Part shown: positions 23,884-38,500 of the stretch, in pieces | How the letters are laid out: the number at the start of each line of letters is the position of its first letter | How positions within the stretch are numbered: the first letter of the stretch is position 1 | Source: Chrysomallon squamiferum | Lineage: Eukaryota; Animalia; Mollusca | Reading direction: 5' to 3' | NCBI GenBank assembly: GCA_012295275.1 | Contig: CM022665.1 | Span: 35,278,001-35,342,000, forward strand | Length of the DNA: 64,000 nt | Notes under the pieces: model-generated | What the model was told of the DNA's origin: nothing | The model's database searches: none | The model's input: only the letters and a program-made list of their open reading frames with translations | Made by a program: the position numbers and the translations under genes

Positions 23884-25356
23884 GTAAGTGAGTTTGTATA
23901 TTCATACTTGTTAATATTTTTTTTGTTTTTGTTTTTTTTAAATAATAAATAAATAAACTAAAATTATGTACTCTCACTATCATGGGTATGCCTGCGGGCA
24001 GTGTATTACGAGTGTACAAAATTCAAAATTAATTTTGTAATTACATTCCTAATCAATAACTGTATATTGCATAAGACGCAGATGTATGTACCTATCACAG
24101 CATTAGTAACTGTTTCAAATACGTCGAATTTCAAATTTTACTTAAATAATACAATGATAACAATCTATATTTTAACAAGTGAGTCGTCCAGCGCTTATCC
24201 AGTATGTATGACATTAATTATTCTGATTTTGTTGTTAAACGTTAAATCGGCGTTCTTGTTATTTAATTATAATTTATAATTCATTAAAGTAAACAGAATT
24301 ATGCTAGAGATCTGAAGGTTTAACATTGTCATGTAATAAAGTTAATTCTGTAAAATAATAAAATAAATAAAATTAGTAAATAATGATTTTTGATAATAGT
24401 TCATGGAACAAGATTTAACTAGTAGAATTGGACAGTTTTGTTGAAAACCTGAAACAGAAATGACAAAAACAAAATTATTAATTTGCCGTTATATTCTTAA
24501 TATTATTTTTAGATATAATAATTATGATAATTTCTGTGTTAGTTCAAAGTTAATTCAGGTGTTTCCATCCAGTTTCCAGTCATATCTTTTAACTAATACA
24601 ATGCCTTTTACATATTTTCATATATTTCTGGTAACGTAAGTTTTCTATTTTATAGATTACTATTCCAAAAAAATAATAATTTAAGATTTAAAAAAAAAAA
24701 TTGCCTATAATTATTTGTATAAAACAGCATAAAATTAAAGGGGAAAAAATCCATCAGTCTCATTAACTAGTAGTTGAACAATGAAAAACATTCAAAATAA
24801 TGAATTTACTAAATACTTTTAATATATTATTATACATTGCAAACTGAGGTGTAACCAATAGTGATTCAACAGGGTTTCCTTAATATTTGGATGTCAGAAT
24901 CAAACCCTATAGTAATTTTGTTTCGTCCTCAGGTTTCATGTTAAAACTGTAGGCTCTATTTATGTGTTAAAAATTACTCATTATAAGTTAAGGTGATGTG
25001 TTGTTTCACTCCATAAGTAATACTTGTGCTCATTTATATTACTAGTTCAGCAACTAGAAGTAGGACTGGGTTACACATAGTGGTCATTATGTAAGCATTG
25101 TGATTCTTGACAAACTCCAGCAGCTAACACAAAACAATTAGGACAGACTGGGAAGAAAAGTGATTAAAAAAACCCAACTTTTTAAACTATAGGCTATTTA
25201 TTCATCCATTCAAAAGTAAAGATTTGTTCAACAGTATTTGGTGAAATTTGAAAAAGGATATTCAACTTTATGCATTCAGTTATTTTATATTACAGCTGTG
25301 AAATAATAATTGAGTTGAATGGATGACTTAATTTTGGTTTAATTGTGTATTTTCAG

Positions 25357-25510
25357 GATCAGGTATTTACAGCTACATCTGTTCGTTGGATTATGCTTCT
25401 ACTACAGAGTGAATGTTATCACTGTGATCAGAAATTACTTGTTTAAAACCTTAATTGTTTAAGGGATGGGTTAAGTGTCAAGATTCATCCAAACAGATCA
25501 GTATATGAAT
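25357..25510 (+). other. probable 5'-UTR exon of MICAL
   Basis: TATTTTCAG| acceptor and |GTAAGT donor flank a 154-nt segment with no useful ORF, between the putative promoter and the first coding exon (acceptor 34030). Confidence 0.45.
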
Positions 25511-28500
25511 GTAAGTATTTAATGTCAGAGTATTCAAATAATATTAATAATTGTAAAAAAATATGTTACATATTCATGGAATCAGTATTGATTTCTTTTT
25601 TTCATTTGTTTTATTTCAAAAATGATATAAAGCTAACAAAGTTTTATTGATGAAAGGGTTTTTGTAGTTTTATTTTCTGCTTTAATACAAAATGAACTCT
25701 AAGGTTTATGCATATGTGTTCACCTACACCTATTTATATAAATGCATGTTTTTAAAATAAAAAATAAAATAGCTGTAAATTGTGTTGAAGTGGCGTATAT
25801 ATATGTATATAACAGCAATATTAAACCATACAAAATCAGTGTGCATATCATTCCTTTGTCAATTTTTTGTATATATGTTATGGGGGACAGTTATTTTATA
25901 GTCTAGTGTTATTCTGGCAACAAGCATGCCATAGTTATGAAACCATGGGAGCTGTGTAGGTGAAATAATTAGATGTATTAATTTTAAAAAAAAGAAAAAC
26001 AATTTATGGTGCTCCTGTTTAATAAAATGAGTAGTTTATATATCTTGAAAAGCAACTGTATCTACTTTAGGCTTGATGCAAGAATTACTTGACTAATCTG
26101 GCCAATCAGTATTAAACCTCTTGAATTTAATTACCCTTCCACAACGGAATTTCACTATACAAACACTGGATAGCATCCAAGTGATTATTTTGTTTCAGCA
26201 ACAAACAGTTTTATTATGCATGGTTAATGAATAGCCATTTGTTATCAAACCTGCATACTGTGTTTATAAAGAAAAGTTATTTTTACTGATCTGCAGATAA
26301 ATTAATGAAAAATGAAGTGTTTTAAGCACACATTTTATAGATTGATCTAGCATCTTTACTTAATATAAAAGGGATTCATTACAGTTGATAATACTTATAA
26401 TATATGCATGGTGGAAAAAGATTTCATTGGTACAGTAATACCTGTTATTTACATAAGCTGGGTTTTTCACTGTAGTTACAGTAATAAGATTTTGTATATA
26501 TATAAGCTGCCTGTGTGTGTAAATTTATTTGTTTATTGTTCACGTAAAAAATACTATAAACATAAATATAAAGAGTGAATTTTATGTTTAAAAAAGTACC
26601 AATTAAAGCCAAAAAAAGTTTATTTTTAGACTGAAATCTTAGCTAACTGCCAGCTGAATTTTATTTGGTTGGCTGCCTTAGGTGGTGGTTGAGTGCCTGT
26701 AAGACATTTTTCAATTACTGTTCAGTAGTCGATGAGTCAGTCAAAACAGATACTCACACATGTCAGACCAGGTGAATGTTATTTACTCATTGTTGTTAGG
26801 AATTTGACCTGGCATACTTTCAGTTCTAGATGTAGTACTGTGCAATATGATGTATATAAGTTCCCTGACTTCTTTAAAAAGAAACTGTTTTGTTTTTATT
26901 TTTGAACCTTTCTTGAGTGTTTGAATTAATCTGTGTACAGATGTTTAAAAAAACAGTGCAGCGCAATCTTGTATATAGCCACCATTATGATCTGCTAATA
27001 GACACAAAAGCTCATAAATGTTTGTAACTGACTTGGTATACATCTATGTATAGATGCACAGTAAGAAAAAAATATAGTCTCAGTGGATTAAAGTTTTTCA
27101 TAATAATTATGATAAACAAAACATGTTCATATTTTATAATGGGGATGAAAATATTTGGCCTGATAATTATTTAAATTCATAAAGAATGATATAAAATTTT
27201 GTTACATCTAGTAAACAACCAAAGAATTAAAAACTTTGATTGATTTGATACCAAGCTAGGAGGACTGACTTGTTTGTCCAGTTACATTCTTTTGTCCAGC
27301 TAACTGATCTTAATTTGTTACTTGATTGATTCCTTTAGCTGAAGGCATGTTGTTGATGTGATTGACGTTTTAAAACATAATGCATGGAAGTTTTTGTGTA
27401 TGTTCTGGTATTTTATAACTTTTTTATTGTTAGGTATTACTAAATATCAATTTCTGTGGATAGTTGTTAAATAATAGCGTACTGTTGTGAACTGCAAAAT
27501 ATAAAACTGTTCTACACAAACAGCTGTAAATTCTATAAATATATTTTTGCCACTCTGATTCTTTTCTTTATTTTTCCTTTTATTATTTAAACCTATTATT
27601 TTTAACACTTACCCTCAGAACCTTGCCTTCACTGCTGTCTTTTTTTTCTGAAAAGGGTTCTGTTTTTAAAAAAAAATATATATTTAATTGAATTTAATTA
27701 TAATGATAAATGTCATATTCAGTAGCATTTTTCATAAGCATATGGATTGTATATAAGAATGTATATGAAAAATCCCCCAAATAAACTTGAAAAAAGAACA
27801 TAGTGCATAGTTTGGCATAACTACATTCTTTGTTGTTGTTTTTTTTTATTTTTTTTTATTACTGGATTTTTACTATTTATTTACAAAAACACAGACTGAT
27901 TTTAATTTGATGCTGATCATGAAGCAAAACAAAATTATATTCAGTAACAATTTATATTTATTCATCTTATAAAAGTAAATTATTTGAATTTTTATCAATT
28001 TGGTGGAATTTATTATTATTGTTTTCAGTTCTGACTGTGGCTACTTACATGTGAAACTTATGACTTGCACTGTAAATGTTGAGATCAATTACAGGTCTGA
28101 AAAAGAAATGATACCAATAACAAATATTTTAGGCAGAATAATTTATTGTAATTAACAGAAATTTTGTGAGGAAGTGGAAAGTTGGATTTACTTTTTATAC
28201 ATTTTAAACATTAAAAACAGGACAATAATAACAAAATAACAAATATTACATGCATTTTGATTTATTAATTTTATTTTATTTACTGTGTTAAAAAGTAATA
28301 TTAATTTCACAGAGGAGAAATGTGCTTGGTAAAAATGTGTTTTTTTTTACCAGAACTGCAATACACAAAATACCTAATACTTTATTTCAGATTGAGCTCT
28401 AAATCACAGTTTTAGATCCTCACTATGAAACCTATACATATCTACTCCAAGAACCAAAAAAAAAAAAATATATATATATATATAATCATGTTATTATACT

Positions 28501-31500
28501 TAAGAATCCATTGCTTGTTTCAAATACTTAAAATTCATATTTTAAGAGAAGCAGTATTAGTTACAAAAAATATGATTCTGTTCAACTTCAAAAACTTTAT
28601 GACAAATCATGCAAGAATGTATATTACATGTTTTATGCCTGGTTTGGAAGATAGGTTTGTTCATGAATAGCTTTTACATTTTTTATGTAACCTTGAAAAG
28701 CCAATCAAAAGACCAGTCACTGTTAGTAACTACTTAAATAAAGATTTTTATACAGGAAGAAAACATGACTTAAACATTATAGTGTTTTCTTTTTAATTTG
28801 TTTGTTCATTGTATTTTATTATATTACATTATAGTTTAGTTTAGTTTTTGTTTAGTTTTTGTTGTTGTTGTATCACATATTATTATGTATCTATATATTT
28901 TTAACAGTATTTAAAAATATATTTTCAGCCATATAGAAACCCACTGGTGAAAACTCATGTCCTGAAATGTTCATAAATATTGTAATTACAAATTACTGTT
29001 CTTAACATTATACACTACTTTCCAGTTTCCTTACACTTTTAAAATAAAAATGAAAACATCATCTTCTCTATATTGTACTAACTGACTAAAGTAAAAAAAA
29101 AAAAAAAATAATAATAATAATCATAAAAAAAATAACATTTTTAAAAAGATAATAAATACATTGTGTGAAGCCACGGCCTCATGTTTAGTTGACATATGTA
29201 AGTTAAGAGGATTTTGTTAATCCTTTAAGCTGCTTATTTTGTATTAGTTTTTCTTGTACTTTACTCTAATTTTGTTTCAAATTAGTAGAGAAATAAATGT
29301 TTATTTACACATTCAGGGTAATGGCTATCATTTGTTGTACTGCCAAATGTGAAATGAAGTTGAATTTGGCAAATGTTGATTATAAATTATTTGCCAAAAA
29401 GGTAATTATGTTTAATGATCCTTTTATTCAATTTTACCTTGTCTGATGAAAGAAGGTTTAAATTTGTGCGTGTGTTAGTGTGTGTTTGTGTTTATGTGTA
29501 TGTGTCTGTGTGTGCAAAACCTTATACCATGTACTTTTCCATCTTATAACTTAATTCTGATCAAGTATCAGTATGTAAAATATATGGAAAACTAACTTTT
29601 TAAAACCACAGGTTATAAATACTCTAAAGAAATCCATATTATGTACTGTAAAATGATATGCAAAACTGTTTGAAGAGAAAGACATAGCCATATAATGCAG
29701 AACTTACTCTGACTTAACACTGATATTTACTTTCTGCAAGAGATCATCTAACTTTGTGTGTTTTTGTGTGTGTGTGTGTGTAAATGATTTTTAAAAATAA
29801 TGAAATATAATATCTAAAGCATTTCCTGACATTTTATTTTTAATCTGATTTATACTTAATCTTGTTAAAATTGTCAAAATGTTGTTTAAAAAAATCTTTT
29901 TGATACTAAGATATGTATACCTATGTTAGGACATACAAGATATTTTTACACATGGCAACATCCTACCTTCCAGAGAAAACCTGGCTTTATGATAGAGGAA
30001 ATATCAGACTATTTCACTCTTTCTTTTTTTGTGAGAGCAGTTTAATTTGGATATTTAACTGATAGAAAATTCAAAATTCAGATTCTGATCAAAAACAAAA
30101 GTAGGTAATAATGTATGTTTTTCATTGTCAGTATGATAGAGGAGCAGAAAATTCTGAAAATCTGATTGAGAGAAAATGTATTTGATGAGCAGTATCTGTC
30201 TTGATACTACATTTATTTTATAACCCAAATAACATGCTATGCCATGATTTATCTCTATCACTGAGCCCATCCATTTCACATCAGTCACCATATAATTGCT
30301 GTTTATTTATTGATTTTCCAGCTATACATCCACTCTCTCATAATGTTCTTTTTATACAAACAAGTCTAGTACTTAATGTTTACTTTTTCTGGTACTATAT
30401 TTTAAATAGAGTTTTTTGTCTGTAATATAGAAGATTTATATTTCTGTTCTAAAGAAATAGTTGTTCCACTTAATGTACATTTTAAAATCCTGAATACATT
30501 TTTAGTGCAGAAGAAAAGTAGTTTAATAATTTAAAATGCTTCTTTTATTATAACTTGTAATAGTAAACTCAGTAAGAAAAGAAATATAGTCACTGACTCA
30601 TAACCTGTGTGACTTAAACTGACTTTACAACTGAATTTCTGACAATGATGCCATGGCAAAAGTGAGTGTCATACTTTTCTGGTTGGTGGGTATTTGACAT
30701 ACTCTGTTCTGATTATGTTCACACTCAATCCACTTTTCTCAAGCTTATCTTTCAACAGACAAATGCATTTTGAAATTTTCATGTTATTCTCTTTTTTTTT
30801 TTAATGACTGGCAATTCATACTTAATTGTTGTGACCCCACATTTATTGTAATCCATAATTGTTTTGTTTTTCCGTGATCTTCATATTCTGGTAAACTGGT
30901 ATCATAAAGGTTTGGTTACTTATGAGCTTCATAAAAAATGTTAGTCTTTTGTTTAGTAAAAGTGAATTTTTTTTAAATATCAGTCATCTTCATTTTTATC
31001 TCAACAAAGCAGAAATACAGTGTACAAAAAGATAAAGTGTGTGCCTTATATACAGGTTTGGCCAAATGACCTAAATTTCTTTTCCGCGTGGAGATCAGTG
31101 AATGACATATTAATCAACCTTAATGGAGGTGGATGTACAGTTAATGCATGTTATAAATTGTAATAAAAATATAGTAATATTAACACTGTATATGAATTGT
31201 ATTTGATTTAAACTAATAAAAGGGTTTACTAGAAAAGAATATACACGTTACTTAAGGTTGCAAACTGATTACGTGCAGAACTGTATATATAATAATATGG
31301 ATTCTATAAATATAGGCCTACATACCTGACTTATGGCCATTTACAATGGAACCTGGTTATAAGTTGATGAATATCTATATTAAAAAGCCAGGATATGTTT
31401 ATTTAATATGGTGTGTCATGAATGCTTGAATGTTAAAAAATTCTTGGTTCATTCACTTAATTGTGTAGTTTCACATTTCTTACTAGTTTTGTATTTATTT

Positions 31501-34045
31501 TAAAAAAAAATAAAAAAAATAAAAAGTTATTTCTAAATATTGAAGAATAATATTAATTCATTTTGTATATGTGCATTTATTTGATATGGTTTTTGTGTGT
31601 GTATCTAAGTTTTGAAAGTGAATGATTCAAACAGTAATACTGTTGGTTGATTCAGATCATATGGAATTTAATTTTTCACTTAACCCAGAATAAGATTTAT
31701 TTCAAGATTAGACAAATTGGCAGAGATTCTTTGGCAACAGATTATTACTTGGGTTTTTTTAAGCTCTACTTGATTCATATTATTTTTGGGATGGTACATT
31801 ATTTGTAAGTTTATGAAATCCATTTTTCTTTAATATACTGTTAAAACATTTACTGTTTTTTCATTTATAATGTATTTGTTTCTATCTTCAAAAAACTATT
31901 TCTGAAATTTTTTAGTTAATATGGGAAAGGACAAGGTGTAAAAGAATTATTTGTGAAAGAAATCATGTATTAAGTTTTGTATGTTACGTGTGAATTGTTT
32001 GTCATGAAACAAGTGAAAATCTACATATAATTATGGACTGAAAAAAATAAAAATAATAAAAAATAAAAATAATAGTAATAATAATAAATAAAAGAAACTC
32101 ACCAGAAAAACCAACTAAACAAACAAACAAAAAGTAGTAATTTAAAAAATTCAAAAAGACCTCTCAACTTTTCAAAAGTGAAAACAGAAACAGGAACAGG
32201 TTTTTGTGCTGAATGTCAGTTCTATATGTTGCTGGTCACTCATTACTGATGAAATTTATCAATGAAGTAGTACACATGAATGAACATGATTGCTGGAATA
32301 ATTTACTGTTTTTCCTGAATGAGTCATAGATGTACTTTACCAGTATTGATTGAGTTGTCTTCATTTTATATATAACCAGATTCCATCTTGTCAGTAAATA
32401 TCAGATCGTACAAAGCAAGAGCAAACTATTTTATGTGAATGTGTTATGGGTCCTTGTGATCTTGTACATTAATAGTCTGCAAAACTAAATGGATAACCTA
32501 ATGGTGTGTGTTCTCAGTAAAATATTTAAAGATAGGGAAGTAAGTTTGTTGTTTTTTGTGTCTTGTGTATGTGTGTGTGTTTTGTTTAATAAATAAATAC
32601 TATATTGAATTAAATAAAGATTTCAAATAAAAATATTATTACTGGTGTTTTTGGGTGGTTTTTGTTTTTTGTTGGTTTGTTGTAGTTTTTTCTCTCATTA
32701 ACAAGATATATTTTCTCTTAACATTGCTTTCACATGTAACCATTAGATTGTTTAATCTGACATGTATAAAATAATTGTATTTAGACATATGATGAGTGAT
32801 TTAAAGTAGCCTATAGTCACTTTTCTTTGTTCCATTACTGGTTTGATTATGAATAAACAAGTTTTATAGTCATGTGCCTCCTACAGTTCCAGATTTTTAA
32901 ATCTCTCTTTTTAAAAGAAGAAGAAGAAAATACCATTGAAATAATAATATTTTTACTTTTGAACATAAAATTACCTTTTGGGTGTGTTAAATTTACTTTT
33001 CTTTTTTCTTGAAATTAACTAATTATTACATTATTATAACAGCACATACAGAAACAAATAATCCATTAAATGTATGATAAATATTTGTAAATTACAAAGT
33101 AACTAAATGACATTATATAAACAGCTGAATATTGATTAGTAAATGATACTAAATCCATTTTAGAAACAGTTTTTCTGTATAACCAGATAAAAGTAACAAG
33201 TGTCTCCCTCATAATTTCAAATGTAAACACTACCTGTAGTTAAAGCAGCCTAAAAATAGGTGCTTACACTTCATACTAAACAAATTGTCACAGCTGGTAT
33301 CAAGAACTCAATGCAATTCCACATGGTTTGATAAATACCTAAGAGTGTCTTTGTGTTTCTTTACCCGCCATATTTAGATTTAATTAGAACAAAATTGTGG
33401 CCCGTAAGGATGATGGAAGTTTGTGTATTTGATTTTCTAGTCTCATCTAGTTGGTTTACATGGTTAGTGGCATTAGACTTATAAAACAGTCAAGTAATGA
33501 TTAACATGTGATGGTATAGATACAACAGGCCTATCACATTTCTGAGCTGTCTACAGTAATTGATTCTGACTTTATGACTAACAGTTATCACTGCAGTTAT
33601 TTCAAACAATGAAGGAGATGCCAGGTTTGTTCAGTGGGTTGTGCTGCATGGTTACTGATGAGGTGTAAGGCAAGCTGGCCAGATATATGTCATGAACTAT
33701 TTTGTCACATCATTAGCCTGGGGACATAATTACCTGTGTAGACTCTTCAATGATCAGAAGTTATTCACCTATATTATTTTTTTCTAATACATCTGAATTG
33801 TATGTAGTATGAAAGTCAGAATTATTCACTTACATTTTTTATAACGAGTCTGAATTATATGCAGTATGATGTATAAGAAAACTTAAAAGATTAACATCCA
33901 TCTTGATTTCAGTTTTATTAAGTTTTACAATTAAACAGTGTCAGTGAAAATTATAAACTTAAAATGTTTAACTGTAAGTATGGTTTTAATAAAATTTGTT
34001 TTAAAATTGGTTTTATTTCTTTATTTCTAGCAATAACAATGCATA

Positions 34046-35459
34046 ATGATGAATGGCTCAGATTGTGAGGATAACTTGGCAGATGATCTCTTCAACCAGT
34101 TTGTCAGTGCTTGCACCTGCAAAACTATCCTTAACTCCTTTCAAGAACTGTGCAATATCCTAGGGCTCACCAACACTGACCACACCAACTTCTACAAACA
34201 GCTTAAATCACGACTTACATCATGGAAGGCAAAATCTCTGTGGGCAAAGCTGGACAAACGGGCTTCTCATCGGGATTATCAAAAGATGCAGGCTTGTACA
34301 AACACAAAAGTATGTTCATAATATTTTCAGAGGCATTTATGTCTGATGATGTAGGGTTTGCAATGATGAGTCATCAGAGTTGATTCTTTTTTCTTTTTTT
34401 TTAATTCTTCCTTCATAATATTAGTATGAATAAATTAATATTTTTACCTGATGTTTATGGCATGTATGCAAAAAGAATTTTCATTTATCAGTTAATTTTA
34501 TGGAAACTGGTAAACTATCCTTAACTCCTTTCAAGAACTGCAGTATCCTAGGGCTCACCAACACTGACCACACCAATTTATTCTTACACACTGTATGTGC
34601 CAATTACTACAACAGAATCAGTCATCAACATCAATAACTATATTCTATTACTTTTCTTCTTTTCTTTTCTAAAGATCACTGGTATTTTTAATTTGTTTTA
34701 AAAATTTAATTTTTTTAATTATTATTACTGATATTAAAAAACCCACAAAAAAACATCATTTTAAAGACCTACCCTCATCTTCAGAAGTTTATATGTCCAT
34801 CAGTGTATTCAAGTTGTTATTAATGGAAGCAGCCACAAATACAAAAAAACCTGTAAAACGTGTATTTGAACCAGTGATTCATTCACATCTGCAGGTCAGT
34901 CACATGTAGAACAAGAAAAACAACAAATCATTGTCCATTGATTAATACAAGCCACATGTTTAAAAAAAGAAAAGAAAGCAAACCACACAAAAAAGAGAAC
35001 AAAACTGGATGGAAAAATGATAAAACTTTCAAGTTGAAAACAACTTGAAAAATATTTAATTAATGCTGAAAAAATCAACAACAAAAAAAACAACATTTGC
35101 AATACATACCAATATTATTGACTGGAGTTAGGTAATATATATCTTTTAAATTGTTGGACATTTCGGACTACTGAGTATAGAGTATTGCCAACTTTTGATA
35201 TGTATAATTATTATTTGGCATTCATACATTTTGCTTCTTACAGTTTTAACAAGATATTGGTTTTTTGCCAGAAATAAAATAAATGTATTATCTATTCAGA
35301 AAATTATGCAGTCTATGAGTCACTATAACTATAAGGAGAGTTTTATTAAATTTAATTAAAATGAGAGATAATGCGTATTGTAAGAAGAAATATAAATATT
35401 ATTAAACATAGATGAATGTTATGAATATGTATCAGTTAAAGTTATTTTCATATTTTGTA

Positions 35460-35539
<80 letters not shown>

Positions 35540-38500
35540 GAATGTGAAAGTATGAAAGTGAGTAAATATGAATTTAGTACAATTATTGTGCATTCGGATT
35601 ACCATTTATCATTATAATTAATGTAACAGTAATAGTGTGTGGCAGGCACCACTAAAACTTATTTCTGTGCATTCACTATTGTAGTGTTTAGTTTTACTTG
35701 ATGTGTTAAAAGTATTTAACATATGTAAAACATTTCTGGAAATGTGATTTTTTTGTGTAGGTACTATGTACAGCTCTTTTTTTAACATTTTATTTTACAC
35801 ATCAAGACATGTAACTGATTATTGTGCAGCCCTCAGTAAATACTCCCTTACGGTTTAACAGTATTTGAACAATAGAAACACTGTTTATAAAGATAGTTGG
35901 CAAATTGACTGCTAGATTTAGAAAGGTAGTTTAGGGTTTGAAATTTACTTAGCCATTTCCTGAAAAATCTTATCAAACGCAATGTTTATAGTTTGCTGAA
36001 TTGTTTTGCCTGTATATTTATATGAGGATATTTTTATAAATTAATTAAAATAAAATTGGTGGAGCTGACATTTTTAAAAATGTGTTTTGTTCCATGCCAA
36101 GATAAAGAAAATAGATACACCAAGAAACGGTTGTCTTTTTTAATAATTTTTATGAAATTGGGTACCTTTTGTTAATGTACAAATGTTCTAACTTTTAAAA
36201 AAGATGAGTGTCACAGTACAAATATTGCCTTTGTAGATTTTTAAAATTTATATCTTTCAGTTTAAAATATTTACTTAGCTATCAAACATTGTTGATTATT
36301 GTTTGTGATCTTTAAAAACTCGTTTCTGTTAATTAAATAAATTAATCATTAATAAAATCCAACAACCACAAATATGAAAAAAGACCTATCCCTAATCCAG
36401 TGATTAAATTCAAAAGCCTAAAGCATTATCTGAGTGTTTGATATTTGTATTTCTCTATAGACTATGATATAAAATAAATGTCGTTTTTGTTTTAGGTACT
36501 AGTGATAGGAGCAGGTCCTTGTGGGCTCCGGACTGCAATAGAAGTAGCTTTCCTGGGTGGAAGAGCAGTTGTTGTAGAAAAGAGAGATAGGTTTTCTCGT
36601 AACAATGTACTCCATCTATGGCCATTCCTTATCACAGATCTCAGGAATCTTGGGGCCAAGAAATTTTTTGGAAAGTTCTGTGCTGGTTCTATAGACCACA
36701 TTAGTAAGTTGTTTTTTGTAGCTGTTTATTTTTCTTCTTTTTTTCTCAATTATAAAGTTAAGAAACCAGCATTAGACAATATTTTGAATTGTTGTTAACA
36801 GCATTTATACAAAATGTAGAGATATGGATTTATTTTTATTATGTTTTTGTTTCTCAAATATTTATTTACTGCTGGGCCCATTGGTTTGGATACTGGTGAA
36901 GTTTATATACCATTTATAAGTTCTTTAGTTTTAAAAATAAAAATATTACTTATATTTGTTACAGTTCTTTGTTAATACAGTATAAATTACGCAGGTGGGA
37001 ACAAAACAACTTAACACATTTCATAATTTAAAAAATGATTTTTTATGCTAAATCTCATTTATATTTTTATTAAATGTCTTGAAGGTATACGACAGCTTCA
37101 ATGTATTCTTCTGAAAGTAGCACTCATTCTTGGTGTTGAGGTCCACTTTAATGTTACCTTTGATGAAATTCTTGAACCTCCAGAAGACCAGTCAGTTCGT
37201 AAGTAAAATCCTTTTTTAAAATTATTTACTAATTATTTATTTTATATTTTAAATATTTTGTATTTTATAGTATTTGGGCAGTTTGATGCTGAAAGTTAAA
37301 TATATTTAATTATTAGTTGCTGATCTGGCATAATTATAACTTTGTTACATTACTGCATCCTTAGCAATATTTGTATTTGAATCCCTGATATTTGTTGTTA
37401 ATCTTAAAAACATTTCATAAAAACTTGAAATATAGCTTTTTCTTTAAAATATTTCACAAATGTTTTCAAGATAATAAATTTATGTATCTTCGACAGATTT
37501 TCTCATACAAAGTTTGAAATATAAATTCGGTGTATTTCTTTATCTTTTTCTTTCTTTTTTAAATTAAAATGATACTAAATTGTACTCAAATAATAGTTTT
37601 TACAACATGTAAAATAATAACTATACAAAAATATATGAACAAATACTTATTTTTTTAACAAAAAGAAAGAAAAAAGTAACAGCTGCTAATCATGATTGTG
37701 ATATGTATTTTCAGCAATTGGCTGGCGATGTCTAGTGACCCCTAGAGATCACCCAGTGTCAGAATTCCAATATGATGTTTTAATTTGCTGTGATGGCAAA
37801 AGAAATACTATTCCTGGTAATATCACTTATTGTTATTAACAGTTATTATGCAATTGCAGAAGAAGACACTTCAGAAAATAGCAGTGTTCATTATTATTTG
37901 TTAATTAGTGTCTCTTCTGTAGTTTTACACTTTTATCTTGGATAAATTCATACACTATTCACGAATAATACGACATAATTAAAAAATGTTTTTGCAGTGA
38001 TATTCTATAAAGAAAAAAAATAAGGAATTGATTTTAAAGACCTAAAAATGTCAAAACTAAACAAAATAATCTTAATAATTAATTGCATATTATTTCATTT
38101 TCTTTCTTTCTTTTTTTAATTATTTTTTTTACGTCATTGGCAGGTATATTTTAATTTGTTGTTGTTAATCATTATTAGGCTTTCCTCGCAAAGAGTTTCG
38201 AGGGAAGATTGCAATTGGGATAACAGCTAATTTTATCAACCGCAACACCAAAGCTGAAGCTTATGTTGAGGAAATCAGTGGAGTTGCTTTCATATTCAAT
38301 CAGAAGTTCTTTCTTGATTTGAAGGATAAAACCGGCATTGGTTTAGAAAACATTGTCTACTACAAAGATGAGACTCATTACTTTGTAATGACTGCTAAAA
38401 AGGACAGTTTACTTGAAAAAGGAGTTTTAAAAGAGGTAAAAATAATGTTATGGATATCATTATAATTGTTTTAGTAATATCAGTGTTTTGATTTATTTAA

